Both the position numbers and the translations under genes were made by a program. A stretch of 63,644 nucleotides of DNA, filler included, from Folioceros fuciformis (taxonomy: Eukaryota), in assembly GCA_049999805.1 (NCBI GenBank). It is 16 parts of 16 records of this genome, joined end to end, with 100 filler letters (N's around TTAATTAATTAA, not from the genome) between each part and the next. Parts side by side here need not be neighbours in the genome. Positions count along the whole stretch, not along the records: positions 32,265 to 40,091 come from JBNGIO010002971.1; positions 40,192 to 43,763 come from JBNGIO010002972.1; positions 43,864 to 46,859 come from JBNGIO010002973.1; 13 more parts are not named here. One strand, given 5' to 3'. A model generated the notes under the pieces. That model worked only from the letters and a program-made list of their open reading frames with translations, was not told the DNA's origin and did not search any database. Positions 34,628 to 46,859 of this stretch are shown here, piece by piece. Numbering within the stretch: position 1 is the stretch's first letter; each line of letters starts with the position of its first letter.

Positions 34628-37600
34628 CGACTAATCCACCTGTCAATGTTCAAGTGGGAAACACATATTCAGGGGAGTTTAAGGAAAAGGACCTTTTTGA
34701 TGGTAAACCTTTTTTATTTGAGAGCTAGAGAGCTTGCATGAAGGCCCATCTTAAGGCCTGAGATGTTTGGGAGTATGTTGATGGCTCTCTTCCTTATCCT
34801 TCCACAATAGTTCCACCAAGATCAACAGATGAGATAGCAAAGTGGAAGAAGGGGAATAATGTCGTATTTGCAATTTTACTGTCTGGCATGGATGAGGTCA
34901 CAGTAACTAAAGTGAACTTCCTCGACACAGCTGCAGCAGTTTGGGATTAGCTTACACAGACATACCAAGTTAATAATATTCTTACCTTGGTTGCTGCTAG
35001 GTAGAACTTCTATGGCTTAAGAATGAAGGAAGGGGACTTGGTTGGAGCACACGTCACTCGGATGCACACCCTATGGGCTGAGCTAGCCGCGTTAGGGAGC
35101 AAGATGTTTTATTTGGACGCTACTGCTCAACTCTTGGCCAGCCTTTCATCATCTTACTAGACTTTTGTCTCTAGTCAGAACTTTGCATTGCACGACTCCT
35201 ACAAGGCTGTGGCTGCTGGTCAATCTATTGCTGTCAACATTAATGAGGTGATTAGTGCTCTCCTGCAAGAGGAGCAAAGCCAAAGCAATGGCAAGCCAGT
35301 CCATCGTTAGCGAGATGACAAAGTCCTCTATGCCAAAGCTAAAGGTCCTTGGAAGGGGATAGAGAGAGGAGCAAAGAAGCAACAGTCCAACGACTGTAGC
35401 TCAACTCTGACTTCCTCTACTAAATGACAAGGTACCTGTAACTGGTGCCAGATTCCAAGACACTGGGAAAGAGACTGCCGCAAGAAGAAGGCTAGTGAGC
35501 CTAAGAAGGAGGCCAGGCAGGAGGTTCATGCTACCTCAAAGGAGAAGAAGTCCTCAGCTGGCTCCAACAATACCTCACAGCACCTTAGCAATAGTGCTAC
35601 ATCTTTGATAGTTTGCCTCACACTGTCTAAAGGCAGTTCTTCACAGTGTTTTGTGGACTCAGGAGCCACGTCGCACATTTGCAACAATCGTGGTCTCTTC
35701 TCGAAATTCCAAAAACAGATGTCACTGCAATTAGTTTTTGTGGGTGATTCCAAAGGAGTACAAGTCAGAGGTTCTGGTACAGTAGAATTACCTTTGCTAG
35801 ATGGGTCTTGTCTAATGATAGAGGATGTCCAATTTGTCCCTGACATGAGTAAAAACCTATTGTCAATTCGTGCTATCTCTCAAAGTCAGAAATATGGTTT
35901 TAGGTTTGAGAATAATACCTGTCTAGTTTATTTTCTTTCTGACCCTGATAGTCATGTTGCTAAGGTAGTGTTAGTCAATGAACTCTACCAGCTTGTTACA
36001 ATTCACAAGTCTAAGGCTAGAGCTTTACTTACTGCTTATAGTGAATAGGCTAATGTTTGGCACGCTAGGTTAGGACATGTCAACCGTGCTAAGCTGGACC
36101 TTATGGCTAACTCTTCGTGTTACCGAGAACGTTTGCCTTCTTGCTTCAAACATCTTGCATCTTGCAGCTCCTGTATCTTGTCAAACTAGAAAGAGCTTCC
36201 TTTTAAAAATAGAAGTGCCAATCATGCTAAGCAAGTGCTAGAGCTAGTTCATGCAGATATAGCAGGAAACCTACCTATCAAATTGTTGGGTGGAGCAGAG
36301 TACTACCTGTCCCTTACAGATGACTATTCCAGGTATACGTGGACTTTTCCAATCAGACAAAAGAGCGATGTGTTTGACACCATCTCTTCCTAGATCACCA
36401 TGGTTCAATGACAGACTGGTCAGCTAGTTAAATGCTTTCGAACCGACAATGGTGGTGAATTTACTGGACAGCAGTTTGATAATCTATTTGACTCCCTTGG
36501 TATAGTGAGATAGCTTTATGTGCCCTATACACAGCAACAAAATGGTGTGGCACAGCGTAAGAATCAAACCTTGATGGGAATGGTCAGGAGTATGTTGTCA
36601 TGGGCAGCTTTTCCTAAGAAGTTCTGGGCAGAAGCCATAGTATGGGCCACTTACATCTTAAATCGAGTTGTTACTTCAGCCCTCCCCGGCAAGACACCCT
36701 ATGAAGCATTCTGGGGTTGAAAGCCTAGTCTTCTTCATCTGAAGGTTATTGGGTCTCCTGCTTTTGCCTTTATCCCTGAACCCAAAAGAAAGAAGTAAGA
36801 TGCTAGATCTAAGCCTCTTATCTTTTTAGGTTATTCAGAAGAGTCAAAAGCTTACAAGCTCTATGATCCTGTCACATCTCAAATTACCTTGTCTCGGAGT
36901 GCCACTTTTCTAGAGCTTATCTCTCCTTGATCCAATTCATTTGTAGACCAGTTGTATGCTGCAGATCCTCTCTCCCCAGATGACCCTTCCCCTGGACCTA
37001 GATGTTCCTGAGCAAGTTGTCACTTATCTAGATTTTGATGGTGAGATTCCTGTTCCGACTGCTCAGCTGGATTCTAACCCACTTCTACAAGGGCCCTTAC
37101 CGGATCCAATAATGCATGCTGCTGATCAAGATGATGATTTTAAGTCACAACATTCTTTGAATTCGAGATCTGCTCCTCCTTCCCACTCTGCTGAGGTTGA
37201 TGGCCTCAAGGATGATGCTGCTGTAGAGGGAGCAGAGGGGAATGACCCTGAAGATGTTCCCCCTCCACCATATCCTCCTCATTATTCTTTCAGAGATAGG
37301 CGGTCAAGAGACCACTGGATTGAACCTTCTTATCAATTCGTGGATTTTCAAAGACATGCAGCAAATGTGTTTGACCTTCATGTTCTTGATGTAAGATCCT
37401 CAAACTTACACAGAAGCCATCAATGGCCTTGATGGTAAGCACTAGCGGATCTCTATCGATGAAGAGTATAACTCCCTTATCAAGAATAATACTTGGGAGC
37501 TGGCTGACCTACCTCCTGGAAGAAAGCCCATAACGTGTAAGTGGGTGTTTAAAACAAAGTTGAAGGCATATGGCACAATTGCGAGGTATAAGTCACGCTT

Positions 37601-37861
37601 GGTTGCGAGAGATTTTTCTCAGATACCTGGCATTGACTATGGGGACACGTTTTCTCCAATGGTTAAGCCTCCTTCTGTGTGTATCTTGCTTGCCATGGCT
37701 GCTGAATTCAACCTCGAGCTTCATCAAATGGATGTGTGTACAGCCTTCTTACATGGTGAACTTGAGGAGGTCCTTTACATGGAGCAACTTGAAGGGTTTG
37801 TAGATAAAAGTTGGCCGAAAAAAGTGTGCAAGTTGTTGAAGACCCTCTATGGTTTGAAGCA
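34628..37861 (+). pseudogene. Old Copia family I gag-pol with many premature stops
   Basis: [50 protein letters not shown]; interrupted at ...LYGLK by Copia-D. Confidence 0.88.
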
Positions 37862-40091
37862 TAAAGAAGTATTGAAGAGTAGTCTAGGGTAGCTGCCTGG
37901 ATAACCAAATAGGAAAACAACCTAATTTTATATATATTTATATATATATATATTCATAAATAGTCCTAGATATTAATAGTCACGTGAACATGAACGCCAA
38001 CGATTTTTAATCGTTAGCCGCATGCTATGTAAACGTTTCATTCATAGTAAAATGTATCTTTGATGAATTCTAAATGGTATCAGAGCAGGTTCTACAATGA
38101 TTGGTGATCAGATGGTGTTTTCACGCACCATCGCTGAGCGGACCGCGCTTACAAACAAGACGGTTCAAGAAGCTTGGGAAGATCAAATTTTTCTAACCAG
38201 TTTTTTTTTTTTTTCATTGGCGCACGTTGGCGCACACAACAACGTTTAGGCTAGTTCAAAGTTGAGTGAGTCTCATCAAGATTGAATCGGGTGCCAAGTT
38301 TGGAGATGTACCAAGAACAAGATGGAGTTTGGCAGACGCGATCTGTCTGTGAGGTCGGATTTATCTATGAAACAAATCTTAGAAGGATTTGAACGTTTGC
38401 CTCATGCATCGCTTTATACTCAAAAATAGAAGCCTTGCATCATGTTCCAAAAGAGAGATGGCGGATGTAGTTAAAGAACTTAAATCCGGCACCAAACTGG
38501 ATCAAGTACACAATCTTGTGAGGATTTTGCAGACACAAGATATCATGCTGGAGGATTCCAGACCAGCATGCCCTAAATCAGGAGAGCGAATAAGGGGCAG
38601 AACTCCTGCCTGGTTGACCAAGGACCCCAATAAACCGAAATCAAGGTCGGAGTCTCATTGATTGTGGACTCCTACACTTGCGGGATCCAAACTGCGTCCC
38701 ACTGCAAAGATGGCTACTACATCAATTAAATTAGACCTTAAAGATAAGGATAGATTTGTTGGACACAATTATGATGCCTGGGCCCATCGCCTCAAGACTA
38801 TTCTACAGATAGAAGACGTCTAGGATGTGGTCAATGGCACTATTGCAATTCCTTCTGGACAGGCGGCTACGCAAACAGACATTGATGCATGGAAGAAGAG
38901 GGACTTACGAGCCAGAGCAATTCTAGAGTTGGCGATCGATAGTTCGATGATTCACCACATCGATGACGTCGATACATCGCATGAGGCTTGGACTGCTCTA
39001 AGCCAGATGTTCGCTACAACGAACCAGTCCTCACTCGTTCATGCAACTCAGTCCTTCTGGAACTGCAAGATGAAGGACGGTGAGAGCGTGGAAGATCACG
39101 TTATGCGATTTTGCCATCTACGTCAAAAATTGGCATCTGCAGGCACCAAGGTTACTGAATTACAGGCTTCCGTAGCACTATTAATGTCACTCTCGGAAAA
39201 ATACCGGGTCTTTGTGAGTACACAAAACAGGAATCTCAGATCTATTGTAGCTGGAGCAATCTCCTTGTCTAACACAATAGGTGCCCTCCTAGAGGAGGAG
39301 GCAACACTTACCTCGTCCCGGCAGCATGCTTCACAAAGCAGTAGAGCCCTCTTCTCATCGAGTGGTGGTCATGGCTGTCAAGGAGGGCGCTATGCCCAAC
39401 GTGGACGACGAAGAGGCATGTCTTTAGGGTTTCAGACAAACAAGCGCATCATCTGTAACTGGTGTAGAATACCTGGGCGTGTAGAGAATGACTGCAGGAA
39501 AAAGAAAGCAGGTGAGCCAAGGAAACCTGCACAAGGAGAAGCAAACATGTCAGTTAAGATCAAGAATGCATCCACGATACTGGCAGTTTACCTTGCTCAT
39601 GCCAAAGTGGAGAGGAATCGGTGGTTTGTGGATTCCAGAGCGTCCACAAATATCTGCCACAGTAAAAAGGATTTCTCGACTTATACTAGCATGGACCCAT
39701 GACATTATGTCCTCCTAGGCAATGAAAGTGGCTTACAGATAGCTGGAGTGGGAGAAGTTCCCTTACTCTTGGCGGATGGATCAATTCAACATCTTCGAGA
39801 GGTGCTCCACGTTCCACAGATGAGAAAGAATCTCATCTCCGTAAGACAAGTCTGTAAAGATTGGGGTGTAAAGATTGAATTTGATGATGAAACCTGTTGG
39901 TTAAGAGATATGGCCTCAAAGGAGATCTCGATGATTGCAAAAAGGGAGTCCGACCTGTGTCTGCTTGATTGTACATCTGCAAAATCCTCACAAGCAGCTC
40001 ATGCATATTTGGGGGTCAGGACTCGGCAGAATGATGCCACTTACATCTGGCACTGTAGACTAGGGCACCCTAGTCTCAAACGCATGGAGGC
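37862..40091 (+). mobile_element. Copia family D: LTR 37862-38072, PBS 38075-38086, ~620-nt leader, degenerate gag-PR from ATG 38710
   Basis: MATTSIKLDLKDKDRF, CNWCRIPGRVENDC, WFVDSRAS, WHCRLGH. Confidence 0.88.
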
Positions 40092-40427
40092 NNNNNNNNN
40101 NNNNNNNNNNNNNNNNNNNNNNNNNNNNNNNNNNNTTAATTAATTAANNNNNNNNNNNNNNNNNNNNNNNNNNNNNNNNNNNNNNNNNNNNCTGGAAAGT
40201 GAACAAATTGCAGACGCCGGGAGCGAGAGTGTGGGCGCCGTATTGACCCCGGCTGAGGAAGTCAGGATCTCGATCAGACGTAAGAGGACATTCCTATTAT
40301 GAGCGACAAAGGCCCAAGTTGTGGACATACGATTCGGAAGAAGTTGTGAGGGTAACCTGTAGAATCTACATTTCATTTCGACCAATTTCAAACTAGCCTT
40401 TTGGTTGATTTGGATCGATTTTGAAGC

Positions 40428-43400
40428 ATGACGTCCTCAGAAAACGTCATGTTCAATATCGAGAAGTTAGATGGTACTAACTTCCCGTTCTGGAAAGAAC
40501 AAGTGTATAATGTTCTAGTATAGAAGAGGCAGATCAAGCCCATCAAGCTGCTAGGAGTGAAACCTGTTAGCATGACTCAGGATGAGTGGCAGGATCTAGA
40601 TGAGCTTGCTAGGTCTACCATCATGCTAACAGTGTCGAAGTCGGTCTACTTCAACGTGAAAGACAAAACCACAAGTTTTGAGCTATGGCAGAAGCTGTGT
40701 GACTTGTATGAGAAGCAAAGTGCGGCTTCTCAGGTGTATTGGTTGAAACAGCTGGTGGACTTGAAGATGAAGGAAGGGACGAGGATGTCCGATCATCTGA
40801 ATGAGTTCAATACCATTTTCAGCCAGCTCTCATCTCAAGGTATCTCATCCCAGATTCTGTGAGAGCTATGTTTCTGTTGGTCACATTACCAGAGAGCTTG
40901 GACACCTTCCGTACGGCTCTGAGTAATTCTGCTCCGCCAGTGGTCTTACCGTTGTAAATGTAGAAGGTAGCCTGTTAACAGAGGAGGTGAACAGGAAGAA
41001 TATGGAACCTTCGAAAGGTTCTAATGCCCTCATGGTGAGAGGAAAGTCCACTTCAAAGGGGAAGTACAAGAAGCGAAGTTCTTCCCGTAGCAAATCTCGT
41101 AGTTGTAACAATGTTGAGTGTTACCATTGTCACAAGAAGGGTCACATCAGAAGGGACTGCGAGAAGTTCAAGAAGGAAAAAGGCAAGGAGAAGAAGCAGA
41201 GCGACAACAAGGCAGATTCGAGTATTGAGCGTGATGAGGTGAACTCTGTTGACGATGAAGATGTTCTTATCTCTTCTTCTTTTGGTTCTGCACAACTGAC
41301 AGCCATGGAGAGTCACTTATTCTCTAATTGGATAATTGACTCTGGAGCATCTTTCCATGTTACTCCGCATAGGGAGTGGTTTAGCACTTATGATGCTACT
41401 AGGAAAGGATGTGTTCGGCTTGGAAATAACTACGCGTGCGAGATAGCAGGCGTTGGTGATGTGCAGCTGAAGTTCGACAACGGATCTTCATTCACACTAA
41501 AGGATGTCAGGCATGTTCCGAAGTTGACCAAAAGCATGATTAGCGCAGGGCAGTTGGATGACGGTGGCTACCACTGTTGGTTTGGAGATCGTTCTTGGAA
41601 GATCTCCAAAGGTTCTCTTGTGATAGCTCGTGGATCGAAGTGTGGCACTTTATACTCACTTCAGGTAACCACTGTCAAGGATCATGTGATTTGTGTAGCG
41701 GAACAGCCAAGTGTTTCCTTGTGGCATAGTCGGTAAGGACATATGTCTCAGAAAGGAATGAAGATCTTATCTCGTTTTGGTTACGTCCCTGCTCTTGACT
41801 TCTCCGATTTCTCCGTGTGTGAGCACTGTTTGTATGGAAAACAGACGAAGTCACCACATGGAGCAAGAGGTAAACACAAAAGTAAACCTCTTGAATTGGT
41901 TCACAGTGACATTTGTGGACCTATGCCCACTGTGTCGTTAGGCGGTGCATTTTATTTTGTCACTTTCATTGATGACTTCTCACGCAAGGTGTGGGTTTAT
42001 CCTTTGAGGAAAAAGGATGATGTTCTGACAGTGTTTCAGAAATTCGCCACCCTTGTGGAGAATCAGTTTGGCCTCGGGCTGAAGTGTCTAAGGACAGACA
42101 ATGGGGGAGAGTATGTCTCAAAGGCTTTCCAGTCATTCTGTGATTCCAAGGGAATCAAGAGAGAATTGACTGCACCGTATACTCCTCCCCAGAATGGTGT
42201 GGCTGAGCGGATGAACAGGACCATCCAGGAGAGGATGCGTAGTTTGTTGTCAAACTCTGGATTGCCTAATGGATTTTGGGCAGAAGCGGTGGTTACGGCA
42301 GTGCATCTTATTAACAGATCTCCTAATAGGGCTGTGGATGAACAGGTTCCAGAGGAGATGTGGTCTGGAAAGAAGCCGTCATACAAACATCTACGAGTGT
42401 TTGGCTGCGAGGCATACTACCATGTTCCGAAGGAGTTTCGCGACAAGTTGGCTCCTAAGTCAAGAAAATGTATTTTTCTTGGCTATGGTGAATCTAGTGA
42501 GATGGGATACCGTCTGTGGGATCCAGAAGCCAAGAGGATGGTTCGCAGCAATGATGTGTTCTTCAATGAGACCAAGATGCACAAAAAGCCTACTCCAACT
42601 GTGGAGGTGTGACGGGTGGTCTTCCAAGAAGATGGACTTGACCGTCCCGCGTAGGCTGAACATCGTGATGTGCAGGAACAAGTTCCTCCACTGGTAGACG
42701 AGGAGAGAGTGCAACCAGCTCCGGTCGAGGCGCCAGTGCTTCGTAGGTCAGGAAGGATGTCACGTCCTCCTGACAGGTATGTTGCATCTCTTGTTTATGT
42801 CATGCTGACGGATTGTGGGGAGCCCTCTTGTTACCAAGAGGCCATGTCAGTGACTGACAAAAACAAGTGGGAGAAGGCGATGCAGTCGCAGATGGATTCG
42901 CTCCATAAGAACCAAACTTGGGAGTTGGTTCGGTTGCCTAAGGGCAAGAAGGCTTTGCCATGCAAATGAGTGTATAAGATGAAGGACATACCCCATTATG
43001 GCAAACCCAAGTACAAGGCACGATTGGTTGCTAAAGGTTTTAAGCAACAACAAGGTATTGACTTTGATGAGATTTTCTCACCAGTTGTCAAAATGACTAC
43101 CTTGAGATGTGTTCTTGGTCTGGTTGCGAGGAACGACATGGAACTTGTCCAGATGGATGTGAAGTCGGCATTTCTGCATGGTGATCTCCAGGAAGAGGTA
43201 TACATGCAGCAACCAGAGGGTTTCATTGAGAAGGGCAAAGAGAGTCTGGTGTGCAAGTTAAAGAAGAGCCTTTATGGTTTGAAGCAGGCACCCAGGGAGT
43301 GGTATTTCAAGTTCCACTCATTTATGCTTTCTCAAGGCTACAAGCGTAGCGATATGGATCATTGCCTCTATACGAAGCAAGCTAAGGATGGAAGCTTGCT

Positions 43401-43763
43401 CATTCTAGTCCTCTATGTGGATGATATGCTAATTGTTGGGACTAACAGTGATGAGATTTCAGCGTTGCAGTCAAAGTTAAATGGTCGCTTTGACATGACA
43501 GACTTGGGGGAGGCAAGCCATATTCTTGGCATGCGTATTTGTCGAGACAGACAGAAGCGTTTGATGTACTTGTCTCATAACAAGGTGCATACATTAACAA
43601 GGTGCTTCAACGTTTCAATATGGAGAAGGGAAAGGTCTTAAGTACTCCGTTGCCTCCATATGTGAAACTTTTGAGCAAGGATTGCCCAAGTTCTGCGGAG
43701 GATAAAGCTGAAATGGAGAAGGTTCCATACTCATCAGCTGTAGGGAGTTTGATGTATGCAATG
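40428..43763 (+). pseudogene. gag-pol: Copia family H (Tnt1/Tork-like) gag-pol, 3'-partial, with stops and frameshifts
   Basis: CYHCHKKGHIRRDC, WIIDSGASFH, RTDNGGEY, QNGVAERMNRT, QMDVKSAFLHG, LYVDDMLI, VPYSSAVGSLMYAM. Confidence 0.93.
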
Positions 43764-43864
43764 NNNNNNNNNNNNNNNNNNNNNNNNNNNNNNNNNNNNN
43801 NNNNNNNTTAATTAATTAANNNNNNNNNNNNNNNNNNNNNNNNNNNNNNNNNNNNNNNNNNNNC

Positions 43865-45967
43865 CACGCAGAGCTCAAGTCCGTGAGCCGGAGAGTCGAA
43901 GGAGCCGAGAGAAGGGTTTTAGAGCTCGAAGAATTGCAACGGCAGCGAGACGCTGCCCAGGCAGGGCTTGAGGAGGTGAGACGGAGGCTTGAAGGAGACG
44001 AGAGACGACTTCTCGAGTTGCAACAGCAGCGCGACGCGGCTCAAGGGGAGCTCGAGGAGATGAAAAAGAAAGTGGAAGGAGGCGAGAGGATGGCTCTCGA
44101 GCTGAAAGAATTGAGAAGGCAGCGAGACGCTGCTCAACGAGAGCTTGAGGAGGTGAGAAGGAGAATGGAAGGAGAGCTCGATGCTGTTCAAGCCGAGATG
44201 GAGGATGTGAGGAAAAAAATGGGTGGAGAGCTCGATGAGCTCAGGAGGAGACTGGAAGGAGAGCTCAAAGAGATGAAGGAGAAATTGGCAGAGGAACAAG
44301 AAGCCAAGAAGGCGGTGCAGCCTAGTGAGGATCCAGTGCCTCAGGCTGACCAGTTGCCCGCGCCGCAGGGCAATGTGACTCTTGCTGATCACCTTAGCAT
44401 AAGGCAACCAGGTCTTAGTGTCAGACGGTCAGAGTCGGCCCTCATGCTGGTTCAGGAGATCCACAAGCTTGAACATTTACAGGACGAGCTTGGGGAGGAT
44501 GCAGGTCGGGCTCTGGAGGCCCTCCAGAAGGAAGTTGAATGCTTGCGTTTAGCACAGTCTGGCATGAACGAGGATGCAGCTGCTGCCATATCCAAGCTTC
44601 GGTCGGAGATTCAGTCTATGCACTCCCTCAGGACCAACCCAACCCGGTCCGGGCAAGGAAGCTCTACTCTTGCTGTGACTCCTGTGAGCATGAGGAAGTC
44701 CATGCACCAGGAGCTATCCAGGTTGCAAGCTCTTGGGGAGGAGAAGTACAACACTGAGGCAACCATTGCCACCTTGGAAGCCCAGCTGGAGAATGTTCAA
44801 ATATCTCTGGACAAGTTGCTAATGGAATCAGTGCCGGCATCACCAGTGGCCTCCGAGGAGGCCTCACCAGCAGCACCTTCTTCTGCAACTCCGTTAAAGA
44901 AGAAGAAAACTATGCCGTTTGGAGTGAGCGGCAACATTAGGTACAGATTGCTGGCGGGCAGCCCGCCTTGCTCCCCAGGCTCACCTGGCACCAGGAGGAG
45001 TGAGAACAACGAGAACGTTCCTCCTCCATCTCCTCGCACACCCAGCAACAACACCAGGTCTCACGGCAAGGACGGAGATGGATCCAAGGAAACCCAGAAG
45101 AAGAAGAATTCTGTGGATGTGCGCAAGATGCAAAATCTGTTCAAGACCGCAGCAGAGGAGAACATCAAGAGCATTCGGGCCTACGTGAGCGAGCTCAAGG
45201 AGCGGGTCTCCAAGCTGCAGTACCAGAAGCAGCTACTAATGTGCCAGGTGCTGGAGCTGGAGGCCAACAAGTCAGTTTCCAAAGAGCTGTCCCCACAGGA
45301 AGACAAGGACGCAGGCGCAGTGGAGCTCCATCAACCAGCTGCTGCTCCCTCCCCGCAGGCCCTGCCATGGCACGCCCAGTACGAGATGCAGCGCAACCAA
45401 ATCATCGAGCTGTGGCACATCTGCCAGGTGTCCATCATCCACAGGACCCAGTTCTACCTCCTCTTCAGAGGCGACCCAGCAGACGCCATCTACATGGAGG
45501 TGGAGTTGCGTCGCCTCTCATGGCTGCATGAGAACGGTTCCGACCCATGCATCATGAACAGCCCCAATCCCAGCTTCAGCCCCAGCCCGATCAAGAGTCT
45601 GTTCCAAGATGAGCAGGGCACTCCACTGTCTGCCAGCGCCCGTTCTCTTCGACGGGAGAGGGAGCTGCTTGCCCGCCGGATGCGCACCAGGCTGACCATA
45701 GAGGAGAAGGAGGAGCTATACTTCCGGTGGGACGTCCCTGTCGATTCCAAGCAACGCAGGTTGCAGCTTGTGCAGCGGTTATGGACCAGCTGCGACCTGG
45801 ACCATGTCCAAGCCAGCGCTGAGGTGGTGGCCAGGATTGTGGGTTTCTGGGAGCCTGGCAATCTGCCCTCCAAGGAGATGTTTGAACTCAATCTGACTCA
45901 CCCAAACCAGCAACGACAGTGGATCGTCAATGGCCTGAACTCGATCTCAAACCTGCTAAACCTGTAA
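43865..45967 (+). CDS. NACK1: Kinesin-7, NACK1/HINKEL-like (NPK1-activating kinesin), stalk and C-terminal domain; 5'-partial
   Basis: EIHKLEHLQDELGEDAGRALEALQKEVECLRL, VDVRKMQNLFKTAAEENIKSIRAYVSELKERVSKLQYQKQLL.CQVLELEAN, IIELWHICQVSIIHRTQFYLLFRGDPADAIYMEVELRRL (DUF3490-like), SKEMFELN, ISNLLNL*. Confidence 0.88.
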   Translation, partial: HAELKSVSRRVEGAERRVLELEELQRQRDAAQAGLEEVRRRLEGDERRLLELQQQRDAAQGELEEMKKKVEGGERMALELKELRRQRDAAQRELEEVRRRMEGELDAVQAEMEDVRKKMGGELDELRRRLEGELKEMKEKLAEEQEAKKAVQPSEDPVPQADQLPAPQGNVTLADHLSIRQPGLSVRRSESALMLVQEIHKLEHLQDELGEDAGRALEALQKEVECLRLAQSGMNEDAAAAISKLRSEIQSMHSLRTNPTRSGQGSSTLAVTPVSMRKSMHQELSRLQALGEEKYNTEATIATLEAQLENVQISLDKLLMESVPASPVASEEASPAAPSSATPLKKKKTMPFGVSGNIRYRLLAGSPPCSPGSPGTRRSENNENVPPPSPRTPSNNTRSHGKDGDGSKETQKKKNSVDVRKMQNLFKTAAEENIKSIRAYVSELKERVSKLQYQKQLLMCQVLELEANKSVSKELSPQEDKDAGAVELHQPAAAPSPQALPWHAQYEMQRNQIIELWHICQVSIIHRTQFYLLFRGDPADAIYMEVELRRLSWLHENGSDPCIMNSPNPSFSPSPIKSLFQDEQGTPLSASARSLRRERELLARRMRTRLTIEEKEELYFRWDVPVDSKQRRLQLVQRLWTSCDLDHVQASAEVVARIVGFWEPGNLPSKEMFELNLTHPNQQRQWIVNGLNSISNLLNL

Positions 45968-46260
45968 ACCCTGTGTTATTGTATACAATTGTTTTAATCT
46001 ACAAACCCTCTGTAGCTGGGCGTTGTTGTAAAATACTCAAACCTTCCACAGCTGTCTGAATATTGCTGCTTTCCCACGTTTTCATCTGCCCCTGGCCTCG
46101 CACCTTCCATGCGCTGTTGTCAAGAAAACTGTGTCCATCGCTTGCTAAGGCAGACTTCGATGATCGCCATTGATGACGTACTTTACTAAGTACGATAAGC
46201 ATAGTTCCTTTCTGGGACCCAGAAGCGGGAAAATGCTGATGACGGTTTTGAGTTTCTGCG

Positions 46261-46859
46261 ATGTTCGTGGGCGGAGGTGTGAAGAATTGGGCAAAGAGGT
46301 CATACAAGGTTCTTCTCGAAACTGTTGGAGTTAGGAGAGTGGCTTTGCGGGCAGTGGACCATGTGGATGAGCAAGGTATGGTTTGGAGTGACGTGCTGTA
46401 CCGGCGGATGCAGGACTGCTTGAAAGAGAGGAACCTGGGAGGTGGCAGAGAAGTGCACTCCCTTATTGTTGCAAGTGGGTTGGAGGGCAATTCTTTCTTG
46501 GGCAGCCATCTCATCCGTATGTATGCAGCTTGTGGGAGCTTGGCGGAAGCAAGTGCGGTGTTTGAGAAGCTACCTTGCTTGGATGTGTATGCATGGGCTT
46601 CCCTAATTTCAGGTTATGGAAACCAGGGAGGACCTGAGCAGGCTTTGAAGTTGTACTACAGGATGCGGGAGTCGAGTGTGCAGCCCAATGAATACGTGTT
46701 CGTCGCTGCCCTCAAGGCCTGTGGCAGCATGGCAGCTCTTGCCGCTGGCAAGTTGATTCATGCTCATGCCGTGGAAAGTAGTTATGAGTGTCATGTATTT
46801 GTGGGGAACACTCTTATCGATATGTATGTGAAGTGTGGGAGCTTAGAGGATGCACGTAG
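46261..46859 (+). CDS. PLS-class pentatricopeptide repeat protein (organellar RNA editing factor type), 3'-partial
   Basis: GREVHSLIV...LIRMYAACGSLAEA...AWASLISGY...QPNEYVFVAALKAC...GKLIH...VGNTLIDMYVKCGSLEDAR. Confidence 0.92.

Noticed and set aside
43919-45891. Antisense ORFs within the kinesin gene
   Set aside because: Shadows of a codon-biased coding strand.
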